A DNA stretch of 27,675 nucleotides. Origin: Verrucomicrobiota bacterium. Its GTDB lineage: Bacteria; Verrucomicrobiota; Verrucomicrobiia; Chthoniobacterales; UBA6821. Position 1 is the first letter of the stretch; every line of letters begins with the position of its first letter. The stretch is from positions 1-27,675 of the forward strand of contig WBXG01000020.1 of the NCBI GenBank assembly GCA_008932965.1, written 5' to 3'. The notes under the pieces were generated by a model, which ran no database searches, was not told the DNA's origin, and saw only the letters and a list, made by a program, of their open reading frames with translations. A program made the position numbers and the translations under genes. This document shows, piece by piece, positions 1 through 9,649 of the stretch.

Positions 1-5
1 ATCCT

Positions 6-1460
6 GTGAGAAATGATAGTTCTTCCAATCCTTTAAATAATAACTATCAAACTCAGAGGCTATTTGAAGGACATACAGTAACTCCTGTTACGCAAGAGGG
101 AGACGCAACACGATATCGATTTACGGATATTGGCTTGGCAGAAGACAATCGATCTGCAGGAGAAAGTGGATTAATAACTAACTGGATGCCAGAGGAGCCT
201 GTTGAAATAGATAATCTAGAAGAGGAAATTTGGAGGGAAGTCGATCCTGTATCGGAATCATTTAATGCGATCACTCATCAGTCTACAGGATTTTATCAAC
301 AGGCTACAGAGGCAAAAGCTGCGGGTCAGAATAATAAAGCAACATATCTCCAAAAGGCAGGGAATGCTCTTAGTAATGCAGCTCAGGAAGTACAAAAGCC
401 AGAACCTAAGCAACAAATTATTGATTGGTTTAATCAGTCAGCAACCTTTTATCAACTGGCTGTAGAGGCAGAAGCTGAAGGTTCGAATAAAAAAGCAACA
501 TATCTTCAAAAGGCAGGGGATACTCTTGGTAATGCAGCTCTGGAAGCACAAAAGCCAGAATTTAATCAACAAATTATTGATTTGTTTACTCAGTCATCAA
601 GTAATTATCAACGGGCTGCACATGCAGAAGCTTTGGGTCAGAATATTAAAGCAACATACCTTAATAATGCAGGGGCTGCTCTTATGAATGAAGCTCAGGA
701 AAGACAAAAGCCAAATCCTAGTTACCAAAGTATTTACAGGTTTACTCAGTCAGCAGATATGTTTAAACAGGCCGTAGAGACAAAAACTGCAGGTCGGAAT
801 AATAAAGCATGGTACCTTAATAATGCAGGGACTGCTCTTATGCATGCAGCTCTGGAAGCACAAAAGCCAGAACCTAAGCAACGAAGTATTGATTTGTTTA
901 CTCAGGAAGCAAGCTCTTATCAACAGGCTGCAGAGGCAGATGAAGGTCAGGATGCAGGTCAGAATATTAAGGCAAGAATGCTAGGTCAGAATATTAAAGC
1001 AGGAATGCTTCAAAGTGCAGGGACTATTCTTAGAAAAGCAGCTCAGGAAGCACAAAAGCCAAATTATGATCAACAAATTATTGATGTGTTTACTCATGCA
1101 GCAAGCAATTTTCAACAGTCTGCAGAGGCAACTGCTGCAGGTCAGTATTGTAAAGGAGGTGCCCTTAGTTGGGTAGGGAGTTCTCTTTTTGAGGCTGCTA
1201 TGGAGGCACAAAAGCCAGAACCTAATCAACAAATTATTGATTGGTTTTCTGAGTCAGCAAGCTTATATCAACAGACTGTAGAGGCAGGTATTGCAGTTCA
1301 ATTTATGAAAGGAAAGTCCCTTACGGTTGCAGCGTTGGCTTTTTATAATGCAGCTAAGGAAGCACAACAAATAAATCCAAATCAACAACGTATTGAGCAA
1401 TACTTAAAAGAAGCAGAAGATTCGAAAATTGAAGCTGATCAACTCTGTACTATTAGTTAG
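6..1460 (+). CDS. Tandem-repeat protein of unknown function (5'-truncated by window edge)
   Basis: The frame is open to the window edge with no upstream in-frame stop; stop TAG at 1458-1460. The body is seven consecutive 52-aa units of the form QKP(E/N)P.QQIID.F..S...YQ.A.EA.A.G....A.YL..AG.AL..AA.EA. No catalytic motif recognised. Confidence 0.75.
   Translation: MRNDSSSNPLNNNYQTQRLFEGHTVTPVTQEGDATRYRFTDIGLAEDNRSAGESGLITNWMPEEPVEIDNLEEEIWREVDPVSESFNAITHQSTGFYQQATEAKAAGQNNKATYLQKAGNALSNAAQEVQKPEPKQQIIDWFNQSATFYQLAVEAEAEGSNKKATYLQKAGDTLGNAALEAQKPEFNQQIIDLFTQSSSNYQRAAHAEALGQNIKATYLNNAGAALMNEAQERQKPNPSYQSIYRFTQSADMFKQAVETKTAGRNNKAWYLNNAGTALMHAALEAQKPEPKQRSIDLFTQEASSYQQAAEADEGQDAGQNIKARMLGQNIKAGMLQSAGTILRKAAQEAQKPNYDQQIIDVFTHAASNFQQSAEATAAGQYCKGGALSWVGSSLFEAAMEAQKPEPNQQIIDWFSESASLYQQTVEAGIAVQFMKGKSLTVAALAFYNAAKEAQQINPNQQRIEQYLKEAEDSKIEADQLCTIS
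283..1390 (+). repeat. In-frame 156-bp tandem repeat array (about 7 units) with a nested 27-bp tandem duplication at 957-983/984-1010
   Basis: The unit-initial CAAAAGCC (QKP) recurs at 393, 549, 705, 861, 1053 and 1209, with a degenerate CAACAA at 1365. Spacing is exactly 156 bp except unit 4 (192 bp). Unit 4 contains ggtcagaatattaaggcaagaatgcta / ggtcagaatattaaagcaggaatgctt. Confidence 0.9.
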
Positions 1461-1665
1461 CCTAGATATTTCATCCCAATCTGCTACGGAAGCTATGAAG
1501 GCTAATGGATGCTGCATTAGACTCCTATTTTGACTTGTACAGTATGTGCTCATGCAGTCATGTGCTCAAAATACGTGTCTTCGTTGACTCGCACGCTCCC
1601 GCTCGCTGGTGGTGCTCCATTAGCCTTCGCAGCCTCCTCGTCACGATCAGTATGAAATATTCGGT
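1461..1665. mobile_element. GC-rich palindromic (MITE/REP-like) repeat element, copy A, degenerate ends
   Basis: Terminal 9-bp perfect inverted repeat ATATTTCAT (1466-1474) / ATGAAATAT (1652-1660). Internal 13-bp perfect inverted repeat GAAGGCTAATGGA (1497-1509) / TCCATTAGCCTTC (1616-1628). Shares blocks with the element at 19182-19365: ATGGAT(G/A)CTGC(A/G)T(T/C)AG, and CCTCG..(N)..CAGTATGAAATAT at the right end. Confidence 0.5.
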
Positions 1666-2436
1666 TCAACGACGAGCTATCGTAACTGCCCATACCCCAT
1701 CTGCTCCAGCATCACGCAATACTTTTGCACAAGCATCAAGAGTTGATCCTGTGGTGAGTACATCATCTACGAGAAGATAATTTCCACAAAGAACTTGTTT
1801 CTTTTTCAAGGCAAAAGCCCCTTTTAAATTTTCTATTCGTTTTTGGCGATCTGAATGGACTTGTGTTAATGTTGGTTTAATACGACGCAAGAGATCTTTC
1901 ATCGGAAATGGTGATCGGCCTGCTAGTTCTTCTGCCACGAGTCGCGCTTGATTAAACTCTCGCTCACGCTCGCGATGAGGATGCAGTGGAACTGGAATAA
2001 CCGCTTCAAAAGAGAGGCCGTCAAGACGTTGGTCTTGGAGTGTCCGGCTCATGATTTCACCCATCACTTTTTTAAGGCTCTGATCCCCTGCATACTTGAA
2101 TTGAGAAAGTAATTTACGCAGGAGCCCCTGATATCGAAAAAGACTGATCCCAGCAATAAAATGAAGCTTTCGTCCAGAGCAGTTTTCACAGTTTGCAGAA
2201 TCGGTAGTTGTCGTAGGAAGAGGGTGGGAGCAAATCTGGCAACAATGTTCAGGCAGAAGATCGAGTTGCCTCCAGCATCTTGAGCAGAGTCTGCTTTTTT
2301 CAAAAAGAGCCTCTCCACATCCTGCACAGTGGGAAGGATAAAAAAGCTCGAGAAGCGTTGGTAGGAGTGGGATCACTAGTTGAGATGAGGGGAGGTTATC
2401 TTGAAAGTATATATTTGATACTACGCGTTGACTCAT
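1666..2436 (-). CDS. comF: ComF family protein / amidophosphoribosyltransferase-like (competence protein ComFC type)
   Basis: N-terminal Cys clusters (CAGCGE..CSRCW, CQICSH..CENC) form a zinc-finger-like region. C-terminal PRTase signature LLVDDVLTTGSTL. 256 aa. Confidence 0.85.
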   Translation of the reverse strand: MSQRVVSNIYFQDNLPSSQLVIPLLPTLLELFYPSHCAGCGEALFEKSRLCSRCWRQLDLLPEHCCQICSHPLPTTTTDSANCENCSGRKLHFIAGISLFRYQGLLRKLLSQFKYAGDQSLKKVMGEIMSRTLQDQRLDGLSFEAVIPVPLHPHREREREFNQARLVAEELAGRSPFPMKDLLRRIKPTLTQVHSDRQKRIENLKGAFALKKKQVLCGNYLLVDDVLTTGSTLDACAKVLRDAGADGVWAVTIARR

Positions 2437-2496
2437 AAATAAATGACAACCTAGTGATATTAAAAATTAGTGAAATAAAAACTATTATTTTAAGTA

Positions 2497-2525
2497 TTCA
2501 CTTTCAATTACTCATCCTGTAGAAT
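2497..2525 (+). promoter_or_regulatory. Candidate sigma70-like promoter for gcvH (TTCACT-17 nt-TAGAAT); would give a leaderless or near-leaderless mRNA
   Basis: TTCACT at 2497-2502, a 17-nt spacer, TAGAAT at 2520-2525, and ATG at 2532 only 6 nt after the -10 box. No Shine-Dalgarno in between. Promoter consensus for this lineage is unknown. Confidence 0.25.
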
Positions 2526-2531
2526 CAAACG

Positions 2532-2921
2532 ATGAATGTTCCTCATGACCTCCTTTATGCCACAACCCACGAATGGATTCGCCGTGATCCTTCTGACGCA
2601 ACGATTGTTACTGTGGGTATTACAGATCACGCTCAAGCAGAGTTGAGCGATGTTGTCTTTGTAGAACTTCCAAAAATAGGAGCTGCTCTTACTGCCTCTG
2701 CTCCTGCTGCAGTTGTCGAGTCGGTAAAAGCTGCGAGTGATATCTATTCTCCTCTCACTGGTTCGGTAACTGGTGTTAATGAGGCCCTCCCAAGTAATCC
2801 AGCACTCGTGAATAGTGATCCTTTTGGTGAAGGATGGTTATTTAAAATGTGCATGAGCACTCCAGAAGAGCTAGATTCATTACTTTCACCTGAGGCATAC
2901 TCTACTCAAATTGGTTCCTAA
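2532..2921 (+). CDS. gcvH: Glycine cleavage system H protein
   Basis: 129-aa ORF with the lipoyl-lysine motif ESVKAASD and the GEGWLFK motif. Lies directly upstream of gcvP. Confidence 0.92.
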   Translation: MNVPHDLLYATTHEWIRRDPSDATIVTVGITDHAQAELSDVVFVELPKIGAALTASAPAAVVESVKAASDIYSPLTGSVTGVNEALPSNPALVNSDPFGEGWLFKMCMSTPEELDSLLSPEAYSTQIGS

Positions 2922-2932
2922 ATTCTTTTCCA

Positions 2933-5812
2933 ATGTCTATCCCCCAAGGTAATCACCCATTAGGAGCATTTGCTAAGCGGCATCTCGGTATTGATGAAAA
3001 GAGCCTTCACTCGATGCTTTCATTTCTTGAATGTGAAACGCTAGAGGGACTTATTGATCAGACCATTCCTAAGGACCTTCGTTATCCCCATTCCTTAAAT
3101 CTTCCTGAGGCTATTAGTGAGGAGGAGGCTCTCGCTGAGTTAAAAGAATTAGCTTCACTCAATCAACTGCGACCTACCTACATTGGGATGGGTTATCATG
3201 GAACCTACCTTCCAGCAGTGATTCGACGTAACATTCTTGAAAATCCTGGCTGGTATACAGCCTACACCCCTTATCAAGCTGAGATTGCTCAAGGAAGGCT
3301 TGAAGCCCTTTTAAATTTTCAGACCATGATAAGTGATTTGACTGGTTTACCTGTTGCAAACGCCTCGATGCTTGATGAAGCAACCGCAGCAGCAGAGGCA
3401 ATGGCTATCTGCTTCGACTTAAAAAAACAGCCTCTTTTTTTCGTTGAAAGAGATACTCATCCACAGACGATCGCTCTTTTGCAAACCCGCTGTGAGCCAT
3501 TGGGAGTAAAATTGCTTGTTGGTACGATTGATACAATGCCCGAGGAGGGACTCTCAGGAGCCTTAATTCAATATCCTTCGACCACGGGGGCGATTCACGA
3601 TCCTTGTTCTTTTATTAATAAGGTTCATGCTGCAGGGGGGCTTGCAGTCGTTGCCTCTGATCCCCTTGCGATGGTTTTACTTAAACCACCTGGAGAAATG
3701 GGAGCAGATATTTCCATTGGTTCCACACAACGTTTTGGAATTCCTCTTGGCTATGGTGGGCCCCATGCAGGTTTCATGGCTGTTCAAGATGCTCTCAAAC
3801 GTCGTATGCCTGGGCGTCTTATTGGTGTGTCGCGAGATGCAGAGGGAAAGAGTGCCTTGCGTCTCTCATTGCAAACCCGTGAACAGCATATTCGCCGTGA
3901 AAAAGCTACCAGTAACATCTGTACGGCTCAAGTGCTCCTTGCAGTAATGGCTTCGATGTATGCCGTATATCATGGACCAAAGGGCCTCACTGCTATTGCA
4001 AAAAAAATTCATGAGCAGGCGCGTCATCTCGCCTTTGTCTTATCTCAAGCTGGATGGAAGGTCGTTATTCATCCTTTCTTTGACACTCTGGAAATAACGC
4101 TCACCGATGATGAGATGATCGATCTTGAAGAACGCTCTCATCAACAGGGAGTCAATCTTCGTATTCTTACAGAAGAGAAAAAAGTGCTCATAACACTTGA
4201 TGAAACAACCTGTTCCTTGGAGCCCCTGTACAAGCTTTTTCAAGCCACAGACATTGACTCAAGTAGCACTACTTCATGGCACCTTCCCAAAAAGCTAGGA
4301 AGGACCTCCTCGTTTCTAACACACCCCGTTTTTAATTCGTATCACACCGAGACGGAAATGCTTCGCTACCTGCGCCGCCTTGAGGCCAAAGATTTATCGC
4401 TCACCACATCGATGATGCCGCTTGGATCCTGCACGATGAAATTAAATGCGACCGCTGAGATGCTTCCAATAAGTTGGGAGGAGTTTGCAGCTCTACACCC
4501 TTTTGCTCCGCTAGATCAGTCACGTGGTTATCAAGAAATATTCCGTCAATTAGAACAATGGCTTGCGGAAATCACAGGCTTTCATGCGATTTCCCTGCAG
4601 CCTAATGCCGGCTCTCAAGGCGAGTATGCTGGCTTACTTGCAATTCGTGCTTACCACCGCGCTCGAGGAGATCATGATCGTAAGGTCTGCCTCATTCCTC
4701 TCTCAGCCCATGGTACTAATCCTGCAAGTGCTGCTATGGTAGGGATGGAGATTGTTGGAGTAGCTTGTGATGCCCAGGGGAATATTGATCTCTCGGATTT
4801 AAAAATAAAAATAGCTGCTCATCAACATTGCCTTGCAGCACTCATGGTGACCTATCCTTCAACCCATGGAGTCTTTGAAGCCTCTATCAAAGAGGTCTGT
4901 CAGCTTGTGCATGAGGCAGGTGGTCAGGTTTATATGGATGGTGCCAACATGAATGCTCAAGTCGGTCTCTGTCGTCCGTATGAACTGGGAGCTGATGTTT
5001 GCCATCTTAATCTTCATAAAACTTTCTGTATTCCCCATGGAGGGGGATGGCCAGGAGTGGGACCTATCGGTGTGGCTCAACATTTGGCCCCCTTCTTACC
5101 AGGTCATATTCTAGGACTTAATAAAACTTCCTCTTTAGGAGTGGTGCATGGAGAAGGAGATGTAGCACTATTGGGAGATCCTACGAGTTCTGTGGGTGCT
5201 GTGAGTGCAGCTCCATGGGGGAGTGCTAGCATTTGTGTGATTAGCTGGATGTATATTCGTATGATGGGAGCAAAGGGTTTAACTGCTGCAACTCAGATCG
5301 CGATTCTCAATGCCAATTACATTGCCAAACGCCTTGAGCCCTACTACGTGATTCTTTATCGTGGGGAACATGGTCGTATTGCCCATGAGTGTATTCTTGA
5401 TCTGCGAACATGGAAGCAGCGAGCTGGTATTGAAGTAGAAGATGTGGCCAAGCGTCTTATTGATTATGGTTTTCATGCCCCCACCATGAGCTGGCCTGTT
5501 GCTGGAACGCTGATGGTAGAACCGACAGAGAGTGAATCCAAAGAAGAGATCGATCGTTTTTGCGATGCCATGATTTCTATTTATCAAGAATTTCTTTTAA
5601 TCGAAGCAGGGCACATGGATCATGAAAATAATCCGCTGAAACGTTCTCCTCATACAGCTCTGGCAGTTACAGCAACGGAATGGAATCGTCCTTACTCCCG
5701 TGAAGTTGCAGCCTATCCTGCAGCCTGGTTGCATCAGCATAAATTCTGGCCTAGTGTGGCTCGTGTGGACAACGTTTACGGTGATAGAAATCTGTTCTGC
5801 TCGTGCCAGTAA
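2933..5812 (+). CDS. gcvP: Glycine dehydrogenase (decarboxylating), single-chain P protein
   Basis: 959 aa. N-terminal YTPYQAEI(A)QGRLE motif. PLP-lysine context [17 protein letters not shown]-terminal DRNLFCSC. Confidence 0.95.
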   Translation: MSIPQGNHPLGAFAKRHLGIDEKSLHSMLSFLECETLEGLIDQTIPKDLRYPHSLNLPEAISEEEALAELKELASLNQLRPTYIGMGYHGTYLPAVIRRNILENPGWYTAYTPYQAEIAQGRLEALLNFQTMISDLTGLPVANASMLDEATAAAEAMAICFDLKKQPLFFVERDTHPQTIALLQTRCEPLGVKLLVGTIDTMPEEGLSGALIQYPSTTGAIHDPCSFINKVHAAGGLAVVASDPLAMVLLKPPGEMGADISIGSTQRFGIPLGYGGPHAGFMAVQDALKRRMPGRLIGVSRDAEGKSALRLSLQTREQHIRREKATSNICTAQVLLAVMASMYAVYHGPKGLTAIAKKIHEQARHLAFVLSQAGWKVVIHPFFDTLEITLTDDEMIDLEERSHQQGVNLRILTEEKKVLITLDETTCSLEPLYKLFQATDIDSSSTTSWHLPKKLGRTSSFLTHPVFNSYHTETEMLRYLRRLEAKDLSLTTSMMPLGSCTMKLNATAEMLPISWEEFAALHPFAPLDQSRGYQEIFRQLEQWLAEITGFHAISLQPNAGSQGEYAGLLAIRAYHRARGDHDRKVCLIPLSAHGTNPASAAMVGMEIVGVACDAQGNIDLSDLKIKIAAHQHCLAALMVTYPSTHGVFEASIKEVCQLVHEAGGQVYMDGANMNAQVGLCRPYELGADVCHLNLHKTFCIPHGGGWPGVGPIGVAQHLAPFLPGHILGLNKTSSLGVVHGEGDVALLGDPTSSVGAVSAAPWGSASICVISWMYIRMMGAKGLTAATQIAILNANYIAKRLEPYYVILYRGEHGRIAHECILDLRTWKQRAGIEVEDVAKRLIDYGFHAPTMSWPVAGTLMVEPTESESKEEIDRFCDAMISIYQEFLLIEAGHMDHENNPLKRSPHTALAVTATEWNRPYSREVAAYPAAWLHQHKFWPSVARVDNVYGDRNLFCSCQ

Positions 5813-5850
5813 CTAGAATAATAGTAGGTACACTAATAACCTATTTTTCT

Positions 5851-6525
5851 CTATCCTAATCCTGCGACAATATTGACGATCAAAGCTAGTATAGAGGTAT
5901 TAAAAAAGAAAGAGATGAGTCCGTGAAGGAGAACAAAGCGTCGTAGACGGTACTCTGCCACTTGGACGTCAGAAACTTGAAAGGTCATTCCAATGACAAA
6001 AGAAAAATAGGCGAAGTCTAAGTAATCTGGCATTTTTTTTCCTGGGAAAATTAATCCTTGGGAGATTTGAGAGCGCTCTTTTTCGGGGGCTTCTGCATAA
6101 AAAAGAAAGGCATATTGAATTGCAAATCGGGTGTGCACTAGAAACCAAGAGAGGAAGACAGTAGTAATACCAAGAATAATATTTCGGCTCACTTCAAGAG
6201 AACTGGCTCCTTTTGTTGCCGTAAGTAAGAGCCACGTAACAGAAAAACTAGCAATAGAAGCCAAGAGAACAATAGCAAAAAGAAATTTTCTTGTAGGATC
6301 ATTAACGAGTACTCGGCGTTGTACTTCGTAGGGATCATGGCGTAAAATTGTTATCCAGGAGAGGATAATTCCAGTGAAAGCGAATAAATCCCAAGAAGCA
6401 ATGATTTGGTTAAGGAGAGATATTCGACCTGCTAAGAGAAAAAAAAGCAGTAGTGCTAGCAAACACTCAATAAAAAAACAATGGTGTGCGTCTAAGAAAA
6501 AAGAAGAGCGATGAGGAGATTTCAT
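5851..6525 (-). CDS. DUF1345-family integral membrane protein
   Basis: Multiple hydrophobic helices. The motif PDYLDFAYFSFVIGMTFQVSDVQV....RR..LLHGLISFFFNT.ILAL.VN is, as I recall it, typical of DUF1345. Confidence 0.55.
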   Translation of the reverse strand: MKSPHRSSFFLDAHHCFFIECLLALLLFFLLAGRISLLNQIIASWDLFAFTGIILSWITILRHDPYEVQRRVLVNDPTRKFLFAIVLLASIASFSVTWLLLTATKGASSLEVSRNIILGITTVFLSWFLVHTRFAIQYAFLFYAEAPEKERSQISQGLIFPGKKMPDYLDFAYFSFVIGMTFQVSDVQVAEYRLRRFVLLHGLISFFFNTSILALIVNIVAGLG

Positions 6526-6561
6526 AGAGCAACTATCATAAATAATTATTTTAAATTCATG

Positions 6562-7620
6562 CTATTTTGGTTTTTGAAATAAATAATGGGAGACAATCCA
6601 CTCTGTTCCATTTTCATATCCCCAAAGCTCTTCACAGGCCATGAAAAAAACTCTCCAATAAACCCACCAACGTTTTTGTTCGGTCCTGCCATAGGTTGAA
6701 GCTAGGAGAGGCAGGATCTTCTTTTTTTCCTTATCCATATTTTCAAGCCAAGCACGAGCTGTTTTTTGATAATGAGTACCCTCAACCTGCCAATGATGGA
6801 GAATCTGGAGATCTTTTTGAAAATAGAGCAAAAGATCATCTGAGGGCATCTGTCCCCCGGTGAAGAAATAACGAGCCATCCAATCCTCTTTATCACCTAC
6901 TTCAAAATGATAGGCGATTTCTCGGTGTGTGAAGATATGGATAAAAAAGGCCCCTCCAGGCTTGAGCCAGCTGGCACAGCGCTCAAAAACACGTTGGTAG
7001 TTTTTCATATGCTCCAGCATTTCAACAGAAACAATACGATCAAAAACGCCCTCTCCTTCACCCATGTAATCGATCATGTTGACGGTTCGCACCGTCACAT
7101 TGGTTAGATTGCGTGCTGCGAGCTGTGCTTCAATATACTCTTTTTGAGTGCGTGAGTTAGAGATTGCAGTAATCTGTGCCTGGGGGTACTGGCTGGCCAT
7201 CCAAAGTGTAAGAGAGCCCCAGCCGCATCCCAGTTCTAAGATGCGCTGGCCATTTTTAAGCTGAGCTCGCTCACAGGTAAGGGCTAACATTTGTTCCTCA
7301 GCCTTATCGAGATTATGGATTCCATCATCCCAATAACCAGAGCTGTATTTTTTATGCTTTCCTAAAACTAATTCAAAGAATGCTGTTGGCACTTCATAAT
7401 GCTGTTCATTGGCCTCTGCTGTGGCAACTGCAATAGGACTTGCAAGGAGACTTGCAATATGTTGCATCAAGAGTTCCTGACGTTTTTTAGAGTCAAGTTT
7501 TTCAAAGCGAGCAAGGTGTGCTCGAAGCCGTTGGCGTATTCCAAGACGGATGAGAGAATCAGGAAAGAGATTTTTTGCGAGAAGGGTATTGAGTGTGCTC
7601 ATGATTTTTTTGGAAACCAA
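6562..7620 (-). CDS. CMAS/Cfa-family SAM-dependent methyltransferase (second copy)
   Basis: SAM motif ILELGCGWGSL, plus NEQHYEVP..FFELVLG and SVEMLEH motifs of the cyclopropane/mycolic-acid synthase family. The more likely start is ATG at 7602-7600, which forms an ATGA overlap with the upstream gene's stop (7601-7599). Confidence 0.85.
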   Translation of the reverse strand: MVSKKIMSTLNTLLAKNLFPDSLIRLGIRQRLRAHLARFEKLDSKKRQELLMQHIASLLASPIAVATAEANEQHYEVPTAFFELVLGKHKKYSSGYWDDGIHNLDKAEEQMLALTCERAQLKNGQRILELGCGWGSLTLWMASQYPQAQITAISNSRTQKEYIEAQLAARNLTNVTVRTVNMIDYMGEGEGVFDRIVSVEMLEHMKNYQRVFERCASWLKPGGAFFIHIFTHREIAYHFEVGDKEDWMARYFFTGGQMPSDDLLLYFQKDLQILHHWQVEGTHYQKTARAWLENMDKEKKKILPLLASTYGRTEQKRWWVYWRVFFMACEELWGYENGTEWIVSHYLFQKPK

Positions 7621-8372
7621 GGAATTAATATAGAGGTTATGTTTTGATAGCGGGCATAGGCTTCGCCCTTACTTCGTAGCGACGAGGCCTCAGCAGGAGG
7701 AATACCAGTGACTTTTAAAAGGAGGAAAATAATCGTGATAGGGGCATAAAAAGTGATCCATCCGAATGGAGAACCACAGGCAATCATGTAGAAGCTGAGC
7801 CAAATGACCATTTCAAAAAAATAATTGGGATGCCGTGAGTAGTGCCAAAGCCCTTTTTGACAGACTTCTGATGAAGTACGAGGGTTCTTTTTAAAGGAGG
7901 CCAATTGGTGATCGGCAAGGGCTTCTCCTAAAATACCAATGATGAGTAATAACGATCCAGAAATTGCTGCTAGATCCCAATGTGGATTGTAATTCATTCC
8001 GATAAAGAAAAAAGGGAGGGTTAAAAAAACAACAGAGAGCGCCTGTGCCTGGAAGAAAAGAAAAGAGTAGAGAGCCTCCTTTTTTTTCCAAGCATTACGC
8101 AGTGCTATGTAGCGTCGATCCTCCTCTGGGTGTGCTTTGGCTATACGGTAGGTCAAATGACATGTGAGTCGTAGGCTCCAACAGGCAAAGAGAAAGGCGA
8201 TAGCCCCTTTTTTGAAATTCCAAGATCCTGTGGAATATAAAAAAAAGAGTCCCGTGATTGCTAATCCTCCAGCCCAAAAGGCATCGACTAGGGAGTAGTT
8301 ATGACAGAAGCGGGCCCAAAGCCATGCCAAGCTAAAAAGTATTATGAGCGCTCCAGTAGCAATGATAATCAT
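7599..8372 (-). CDS. DUF1295 family membrane protein (steroid 5-alpha-reductase / ICMT-like fold)
   Basis: Polytopic membrane protein with the C-terminal motif GLWHYSRHPNYFFE. Its start overlaps the cfa stop as TAATG (8374-8370). Confidence 0.8.
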   Translation of the reverse strand: MIIIATGALIILFSLAWLWARFCHNYSLVDAFWAGGLAITGLFFLYSTGSWNFKKGAIAFLFACWSLRLTCHLTYRIAKAHPEEDRRYIALRNAWKKKEALYSFLFFQAQALSVVFLTLPFFFIGMNYNPHWDLAAISGSLLLIIGILGEALADHQLASFKKNPRTSSEVCQKGLWHYSRHPNYFFEMVIWLSFYMIACGSPFGWITFYAPITIIFLLLKVTGIPPAEASSLRSKGEAYARYQNITSILIPWFPKKS

Positions 8373-9649
8373 TAAAGTAGGGAAAGGTTTTTGTTATTAG
8401 GCCGCGTGTAGATGGCTTGCACCACGGAAATATTACGTGTGGCAAAGGCAGCTTCACAATATTTAAGATAATAGTTCCAACTGCGAATAAAAGGTTCATC
8501 AAAACCCAAGGCTTTAACTTGAGGTAGTGCTGCGTTGAAGTTCTGATGCCATCTGGCAAGGGTTCGTGCATAGTCATTTCCCAGATCCTCTAAATCGTGG
8601 AGAAAAAGATCGCTAGTATTCAAGAGCACTTGATTGATTCTTCCAACACTGAGCAATAGCGATCCTGGAAAAATATGTCGTTGAATCCAATCAACACTTC
8701 TCTTGAGGCTAGGATAGCGGTAATCAGGAACCGTAATCATTTGAACTCCAAGGAGACCATGAGGTCGGAGTACTTCGTGGCATTTTGAGAAAAAGCTTTC
8801 ATGATAGCGGTCTCCAACAGCTTCAAGCATCTCAATGGAGACAATTTTATCATAGCTCCCAGTGATATGACGGTAGTCTTCAATACGGATGGTGATTTGA
8901 CCTTGAAGTCCAGCTGCTACAATTTTTTCATTGGCATAGCTTGCTTGTGCTTGAGAAATAGTCACTCCTGTGATCGAGCAGCCATATTTTTTTGCAGCAT
9001 AGAGGGCAAAGCCACCCCAGCCACAACCAATTTCAAGAACATGATCCTTGGCGTTAAGATGAAGTTTTTGACAAAGAGCTTCGTACTTGGCTTCTTGTGC
9101 TTCTTGAAGTGATTGCTCCGGGTATTGGAACCTTGCGCTCGAGTAGGTCATCGATGGATCTAGCCAAAGTGCATAGAAATCATTCCCCAAATCATAATGC
9201 TCAGAGATGTTACGCTTGCTCATTGTAACTGTATTGCGACGTCGTAGGTGTCGCACCCAATTGATGATCGTTAAAAAATTCACACTAGGAATGTTGGTCG
9301 ATTTTGTATTGGTCCCCTGAAGCTCATTGAGGTTCTCAATGAACCAAGCAATGACCGCTTTAATATCATCGGTATCCCAGAGACCCTCGGTGTAGGCCTG
9401 TCCTAGTCCAACATCTCCATAAAAAGCACAGTGATTAAAAAAAACTGCTGGCTGATGAATCTTAACTAATGCTGTGATCGGGGCTCCTGGCTTTCCAAAG
9501 TAACGATGTGAGTCGTTGTCGATATCAACACGCAGGCCTCCCTGAGTCATTTTTTTAAGAGCACTAAAAACAAAATACTCGGAGAGGCTTTTGATTTTGT
9601 AGGGAGCTTGGTGCAGGGGGACAGTTTCTTGTAGCGTGGTATCAGTCAT
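8372..9649 (-). CDS. cfa: Cyclopropane-fatty-acyl-phospholipid synthase family methyltransferase
   Basis: 425 aa. SAM motif VLEIGCGWGGFALYAAKKYGC, plus ISEHYDLGNDFY and SIEMLEAVG motifs. Confidence 0.88.
   Translation of the reverse strand: MTDTTLQETVPLHQAPYKIKSLSEYFVFSALKKMTQGGLRVDIDNDSHRYFGKPGAPITALVKIHQPAVFFNHCAFYGDVGLGQAYTEGLWDTDDIKAVIAWFIENLNELQGTNTKSTNIPSVNFLTIINWVRHLRRRNTVTMSKRNISEHYDLGNDFYALWLDPSMTYSSARFQYPEQSLQEAQEAKYEALCQKLHLNAKDHVLEIGCGWGGFALYAAKKYGCSITGVTISQAQASYANEKIVAAGLQGQITIRIEDYRHITGSYDKIVSIEMLEAVGDRYHESFFSKCHEVLRPHGLLGVQMITVPDYRYPSLKRSVDWIQRHIFPGSLLLSVGRINQVLLNTSDLFLHDLEDLGNDYARTLARWHQNFNAALPQVKALGFDEPFIRSWNYYLKYCEAAFATRNISVVQAIYTRPNNKNLSLL

Noticed and set aside
476-490. 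GGTTCGAAT T-loop-like motif (possible tRNA)
   Set aside because: It lies inside the repeat-protein frame, and no acceptor, D or anticodon stems can be drawn around it. The same applies to the TTCGAA-containing stretches at 19247 and 21838.
283-1390. CRISPR array, considered because of regularly spaced repeats
   Set aside because: The units are contiguous with no spacers, are 156 bp long, stay in frame and are translated as 52-aa protein repeats. No cas genes are present.
1505-1780. 91-aa plus-strand ORF
   Set aside because: It runs through the palindromic repeat element and then antisense into the comF 3' end. It has no SD, and its frame is not conserved with the related element copy. Judged spurious.
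2437-2531. Possible glycine riboswitch upstream of gcvH
   Set aside because: The region is only 95 bp and very AT-rich. It lacks the GC-rich conserved cores and paired-aptamer length expected. Only a promoter-like TTCACT/TAGAAT pair is visible.
5826-5848. Intrinsic terminator between the convergent gcvP and DUF1345 genes
   Set aside because: Only a 4-bp stem (AGGT/ACCT) followed by ATTTTT, which is too weak to call.
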